DNA of 64,000 bases from an uncultured Patescibacteria group bacterium (GTDB lineage: Bacteria > Patescibacteriota > JACMRA01). The first letter of the stretch is position 1. Every line of letters begins with the position of its first letter. Positions 59,674-64,000 of the stretch are shown piece by piece. Under the pieces are notes generated by a model, which was not told the DNA's origin, did not search any database, and saw only the letters and a program-made list of their open reading frames with translations. The translations under genes and the position numbers were made by a program. The DNA lies in NCBI GenBank assembly GCA_938041505.1, contig CALITC010000006.1:7389-71388 (forward strand), in the 5' to 3' direction.

Positions 59674-60411
59674 ATGCTAGCCGTGAATCACGTTACATTG
59701 GCCACCGCCATCACTTTAGGTGGAAGTATTTATCTCAATGAACCATTTTTTTTGCCGTTCATAGCTTTTGTTGTATTTGCCAGCCTACTACCAGACATTG
59801 ACCACCCAGGAAGCGAAATTAGCAAATTCTTCCCTCTTATCAACAAAGCCTTGCCCCATCGCGGAGTCACTCACTCTATAGTCGGCGCTAGCGTCTTCAT
59901 TGGATTTTTACATTTCCTCATCAATCATAGCAGGACCCTCTCGTACGTTCTCTTGATTTTTTCTTTCATAGGTATACACTATATGGGTAAACTACTCAAA
60001 AAACGCCTCAATCAGCTCCAAAATAGGTCAAAAAATTTTATTTCCGAGAAACAGATCAAATTTACGATAAGCACCCTAACTAGAATCCTAGATTTATTTC
60101 TAATTCTCTTAGCCATCTTAATCTGGCGCGGAGAATATCGCCAAGAGATCATAACCTTGCTAGGTGCAGGATACATTGGACATATCGTCGGAGACTGGGT
60201 TACCAAAGACGGTATTCCGTTATATTGGCCGCTCAAAACCAGAGCCAAGCTCAAACTATTCCGAACCGGGGGCAAAATGGAAGCCTTTCTTGGCGTGATT
60301 ATCTTAGGAATCAACGTATATCTCTTCCAACAATTCTGGACAATATTTGGCGTAGGGACCTTCGAATATTGGGAAGGGTACCTGCCAATCATAAATACAG
60401 TTTTAAATTAA
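59674..60411 (+). CDS. membrane-bound metal-dependent hydrolase (YdjM-like)
   Basis: SLLPDIDHP.S, HRG.THS, GY.GHI.GD..T..G.PL.WP. Confidence 0.88.
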   Translation: MLAVNHVTLATAITLGGSIYLNEPFFLPFIAFVVFASLLPDIDHPGSEISKFFPLINKALPHRGVTHSIVGASVFIGFLHFLINHSRTLSYVLLIFSFIGIHYMGKLLKKRLNQLQNRSKNFISEKQIKFTISTLTRILDLFLILLAILIWRGEYRQEIITLLGAGYIGHIVGDWVTKDGIPLYWPLKTRAKLKLFRTGGKMEAFLGVIILGINVYLFQQFWTIFGVGTFEYWEGYLPIINTVLN

Positions 60412-60412
60412 A

Positions 60413-60835
60413 ATGTTCAAAACCACACTAGCAGGAAATCAGGTCAAGTTGAGCAAAGCCACTAAGGAAGGTGTCAATAAGATAATTGCCAATAAAAAAC
60501 TCCTTCCTGACAACTCCGACATAGAAACACTATTAGAAAATGAAAACATTCTTTATTGGGCTGTATTTGAGACCGGATCCGATTCTTTACGCGGAATAAT
60601 AGGGATAACTCAAAGTTTAAAAACAAATCAAATATACTATAAATTCGCCCCAGGAGAAGTTGGTCTATTTAAACTATTTGAAGAAGTGTTAGAACTAATA
60701 ATCGACTATCTTGAGTATATAAAATCAAGAGGAATATATACCATCGAAATTAATAAACCCAAGCCGGGTATCAAAAGAGGGCTTTTAAATAACGGCTTTA
60801 AATATAATGGAAGCTATTGGTATATTGTCATATAA
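60413..60835 (+). CDS. hypothetical protein, possible degenerate GNAT fold
   Basis: 140-aa ORF coupled to the upstream gene; ends L.NNGFK. Confidence 0.55.
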   Translation: MFKTTLAGNQVKLSKATKEGVNKIIANKKLLPDNSDIETLLENENILYWAVFETGSDSLRGIIGITQSLKTNQIYYKFAPGEVGLFKLFEEVLELIIDYLEYIKSRGIYTIEINKPKPGIKRGLLNNGFKYNGSYWYIVI

Positions 60836-60840
60836 ACAGG

Positions 60841-61497
60841 CTACAACTTAGCTAATAACATACTTCTTTTCTGCTTAGTTAGTACTTGACTATCATTGAC
60901 TACGTCGTGAACATTGTAATCATAAAATGATTGTAAAGATTTAAAACCATACTTAAGCAATAAAGCATCCAACTCAGTCATAGAAAACACTTTCCATTTA
61001 ATGGAATTTTTTATTTCGCTCCAATCATCAAATTTGATTAATCTATTACAAACCATAGCTTGGCTTTCGCGCACAAAGTCAGAAAGAATTATCTTTTTTT
61101 TCAAAACCCTAAAATCTTTAAAACCCCCTCCGATTGGATAGTAATTAAAATTAAAAACATCAAGGACTATTTTACCACCACTCTTAACACTCACAGAGAG
61201 CTTAGCAAATAACTCATCATACCTATCCCAGTCTTTGCCAAAAAATGGGGCAAGTAGATACACCCCATCTAAATCCATTGGTAAATCTATACTAAAAACA
61301 CTTCCTTGTATAAAATTATCGACCTTACAATCAGGTTTTTTAATATCCACACCGAAAACTGCAGGTGTTACCTGTTGAAGTTGTTGTATATGATAGCCAG
61401 AGCCAGAACCTATATCTAAAATTCTAGATGACGGGTTAATATCTAAGACTTTTTTTAAAAAGTCTACTTGTATTTGCTGGTTTTTATAATACTGCAT
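60841..61497 (-). CDS. class I SAM-dependent methyltransferase
   Basis: ILDIGSGSG, GVD, KSGG.IVLD. Confidence 0.85.
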   Translation of the reverse strand: MQYYKNQQIQVDFLKKVLDINPSSRILDIGSGSGYHIQQLQQVTPAVFGVDIKKPDCKVDNFIQGSVFSIDLPMDLDGVYLLAPFFGKDWDRYDELFAKLSVSVKSGGKIVLDVFNFNYYPIGGGFKDFRVLKKKIILSDFVRESQAMVCNRLIKFDDWSEIKNSIKWKVFSMTELDALLLKYGFKSLQSFYDYNVHDVVNDSQVLTKQKRSMLLAKL

Positions 61498-61562
61498 AAA
61501 ACATGATGAAAAAACCGAGATATTTGGGACTATCTCGGTATTGAGGCTATAAAAAACTACTA

Positions 61563-62030
61563 TCAGGAAGCTTTGCACCCATTATGGCAATTCATACAAC
61601 CATTGCCATCGCAGGCAGAACACCCATTGATATGGTCAATTAAGATAGGATCGAAAATGAAACTACCGAAATGCTTAAAACTAGCATCAACTAAGTTTTG
61701 ACCAGATTTGGGGTCGTGTTCATCGCCATCAAGGTGAGGTTCATGACGAATAATATGCCCACAAAGCTTTTTAGTAAGTCGATTATAATCTGCATTCATC
61801 CAAAGATGACAATGCCATATTTTATCGACTTTATCACCAGGAACGGCTAAAGACTCATCACTAACAGCGCACAGATACAAATATTTTCTGTACTGCTCTA
61901 TTAGTTCATCTATATCATTAGAAAGCTCAGGGTATTCCTTAAGAACATAGCACTTTAAACGGCTACTATCCCAAGAATGTAAAGTTGATTTTACTTCACT
62001 AAAAGCTTGCTTTGTAATTGTTTAAACCAC
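61563..62030 (-). pseudogene. glycine-rich-domain (GRDP-like) protein with an in-frame stop at codon 3
   Basis: AAGGAG RBS, then GTG GTT TAA, then an open frame ...QYRKYLYL...VDKIWHCHL....Y...CG..IRHEP and a Cys-rich tail. Confidence 0.65.
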
Positions 62031-62242
62031 TTTGGAGATCTCCTTGTGTATTCTATATAATGGTTAACTAGTGCCACACAAACGTTATATGTGGCTAGGT
62101 AAATAAATTTACTTATTATCATAAAAACACATTTTTCAATAACTGTCAAAATAAACTTACATCTTTAACTTTTCTTTTAGTCACTTACACCCCTATTATA
62201 ACGCTCAAAATTCAATACTACCCGAACACAAGGGTGTAGTAC

Positions 62243-62267
62243 AAAGACCCATCTTTACGATGGGTTT
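62243..62267 (-). terminator. hairpin immediately downstream of rpoB
   Basis: ACCCATC-TTTAC-GATGGGT with a short U-tract on the minus strand. Confidence 0.5.
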
Positions 62268-62296
62268 CAGATAATCAGAAATGAAATACTATTTTT

Positions 62297-64000
62297 TTAT
62301 TTATCCAAGTTTCCTTCGTCTACTGAGAGAGCGAGTTTTTTATCAACATAGCCATTATCATCAGCTTCATCTACCGCAGCGTTTACCTTGATACCAAGAG
62401 CAGTAAGCTCGTTGGCAAGCACAATGAATGATCCTGGTAAGTTTGGCGAAGTGATTGGTCTTTCTTTGATGATAGACTCATAGGCTGCATCTCGACCTTT
62501 AACATCATCCGACTTTATGGTAAGCATTTCTTGCAAAGCATAGGCTGCTCCATAAGCTTCTAATGCCCATACCTCCATTTCTCCAAATCTCTGACCTCCA
62601 GAGTGACTTCGACCTCCAAGAGGTTGCTGAGTTACTAATGAGTAAGGACCAGTAGAACGAGTGTGCACCTTATCATCTACCAAGTGGTGGAGCTTATTAT
62701 AGTATAAGTAACCTACAGTCACTGGGCGATCGTACTTTTCTCCAGTTTGCCCATCCCAAAGATCCAATTTACCATGAGCTGGATATCCTGCTTGTTGTAA
62801 TTCTTGCTCGATAGCATCGACTGGGATTTCGTTAAGAGGCTGCGTAATTGCCCGCATATCTTGCTTAGCACAAGCCAGGCCTAGATGGGTTTCTAGTAAC
62901 TGACCAAGATTCATACGACCAACAACACCAAGTGGGTTCAATACGATATCCACCGGTTCGCCATCAGCAGTGTACGGCATATCTTCGACTGGTAAGACGA
63001 CTGATACAACACCTTTGTTACCATGGCGACCAGCCATTTTATCTCCTGGCTTAATCTTACGAGTAGTTGCGAGCCAAATGTGCACGCGGTGGAGTACATC
63101 AGAAGGTAGCGAGTCACCACCATGTCTTGAGAACTTACGGATTGAGATTACCTTACCACTAAGACCGTGCTCTAGGTAGAGCGAACTATCCTTTACATCT
63201 CGCGAGTACTCTCCAAACAATACACGAATCAGTTTGTCTTCTGGGCTAAGATCAACCTCACCTTTTGGAGTGATTTTTCCGACCAAAATATCTCCAGACT
63301 CAACATACGCACCTATGCGAATAATTCCATCCTCATCCAAATTACGGAGTTTATCAGTCGCCACATTAGGAATATCTCGAGTAATCTCTTCATCTCCTAG
63401 ACGAGTTTCATGCACGTCGCATACAAGCTCATAAATATGTGTGGAAGTAAACTTATCTTTTTGCACAAGTCTTTCTGACAACACGACAGCATCTTCAAAA
63501 TTATACCCTTTGAAAGGAAGGAAGGCTACGCGGCAGTTCTGCCCGATTGCAAATTCTCCATTCTTCACACCGAATCCTTCGATGATTACGTCATCTTTCT
63601 TAAGTTTCTCTCCTGGTTTTACAGTTACACGCTGGTTAATTGTAGAGTGATCATTGGAAGGCAAGAATTTCAAAGTCGTGTAAACTTTTTCTTTCTTTTC
63701 TCCTTTGTACTTCACTCGCACTGAATGACCATCGGCGTATACAACCTCTCCTTCTTTTTCAGCGTACACTACGTACCCCGAATCACGAGCCGCAACCTGC
63801 TCGAATCCTGTTGCCACAATTGGCTGCTCTGGCTTCACGAGCGGAAGAGCCTGACCTTGCTGGTTGGTTCCCATCAATACACGATATCCATCAGTATGTG
63901 CTACAAACGGCACCATGCAAGATGACAAACTCAAAATTTGGTTACTAGCAACATCGATAAGCTCAATATCTTCTACATCAGCCTGCACCGGTTCACCGTT
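62297..64000 (-). CDS. rpoB: RNA polymerase beta subunit, 3' part (runs off the window)
   Basis: GYNFEDA, GDKMAGRHGNKG, KL.HLVDDK.H.RSTGPYSLVTQQPLGG, GGQRFGEMEVWALEAYGA. Confidence 0.98.
   Translation of the reverse strand, partial: NGEPVQADVEDIELIDVASNQILSLSSCMVPFVAHTDGYRVLMGTNQQGQALPLVKPEQPIVATGFEQVAARDSGYVVYAEKEGEVVYADGHSVRVKYKGEKKEKVYTTLKFLPSNDHSTINQRVTVKPGEKLKKDDVIIEGFGVKNGEFAIGQNCRVAFLPFKGYNFEDAVVLSERLVQKDKFTSTHIYELVCDVHETRLGDEEITRDIPNVATDKLRNLDEDGIIRIGAYVESGDILVGKITPKGEVDLSPEDKLIRVLFGEYSRDVKDSSLYLEHGLSGKVISIRKFSRHGGDSLPSDVLHRVHIWLATTRKIKPGDKMAGRHGNKGVVSVVLPVEDMPYTADGEPVDIVLNPLGVVGRMNLGQLLETHLGLACAKQDMRAITQPLNEIPVDAIEQELQQAGYPAHGKLDLWDGQTGEKYDRPVTVGYLYYNKLHHLVDDKVHTRSTGPYSLVTQQPLGGRSHSGGQRFGEMEVWALEAYGAAYALQEMLTIKSDDVKGRDAAYESIIKERPITSPNLPGSFIVLANELTALGIKVNAAVDEADDNGYVDKKLALSVDEGNLDK

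Noticed and set aside
60841-62030. Peptide-modification operon (Cys-tail protein plus methyltransferase)
   Set aside because: A terminator-like hairpin (ACCGAGATA/TATCTCGGT plus U-tract, about 61509-61540) separates the two genes
1-64000. CRISPR array, rRNA, integrase, transposase, reverse transcriptase or prophage
   Set aside because: No regularly spaced repeats, rRNA-like sequence or such protein motifs were seen
1-64000. Alternative genetic code (UGA read as Gly)
   Set aside because: Long conserved genes are intact under code 11 with no internal TGA breaks

Overview
This is an AT-rich bacterial chromosome segment (genetic code 11) with the gene content and style of a Patescibacteria/CPR genome; the taxonomic call is an inference. 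It carries housekeeping genes largely separated from their usual operon partners: tuf, HU, dnaA, rnhA, rnj, rnpA-rpmH, gnd, ychF, rsmI, xseA, rplS, an rpsU-like gene, ftsA, uvrA and the 3' part of rpoB. It also has a VirB4-like ATPase, a sortase-like protein and many orphan genes, often with their own near-consensus sigma70 promoter and terminator. Three normal CCA-encoding tRNAs are present (Arg-CCT, Phe-GAA, Met-CAT). The most unusual signals are non-coding. (1) Downstream of ychF lie two tandem promoter-to-terminator RNA units built from stacked hairpins and CCA-less tRNA-like genes, two with altered anticodon loops (45 nt and 9 nt), separated by a diverged copy of the ychF 3' end. (2) A ~440-nt ornate multi-stem RNA candidate at 10.6-11.1 kb has its own promoter. 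(3) Further structured RNA candidates lie at 0.8-1.06 kb and 51.3-51.5 kb. Protein-level oddities include a PRTase-HAD/PfkB/SIS operon, DesC-like and CrtR-like desaturase-family genes, a sortase with Ser in place of the catalytic Cys, an XseA with a HEAT-like N-terminal extension, and rpoB not followed by rpoC. All calls were made by eye from motifs and base-pairing; no database search or folding program was run.
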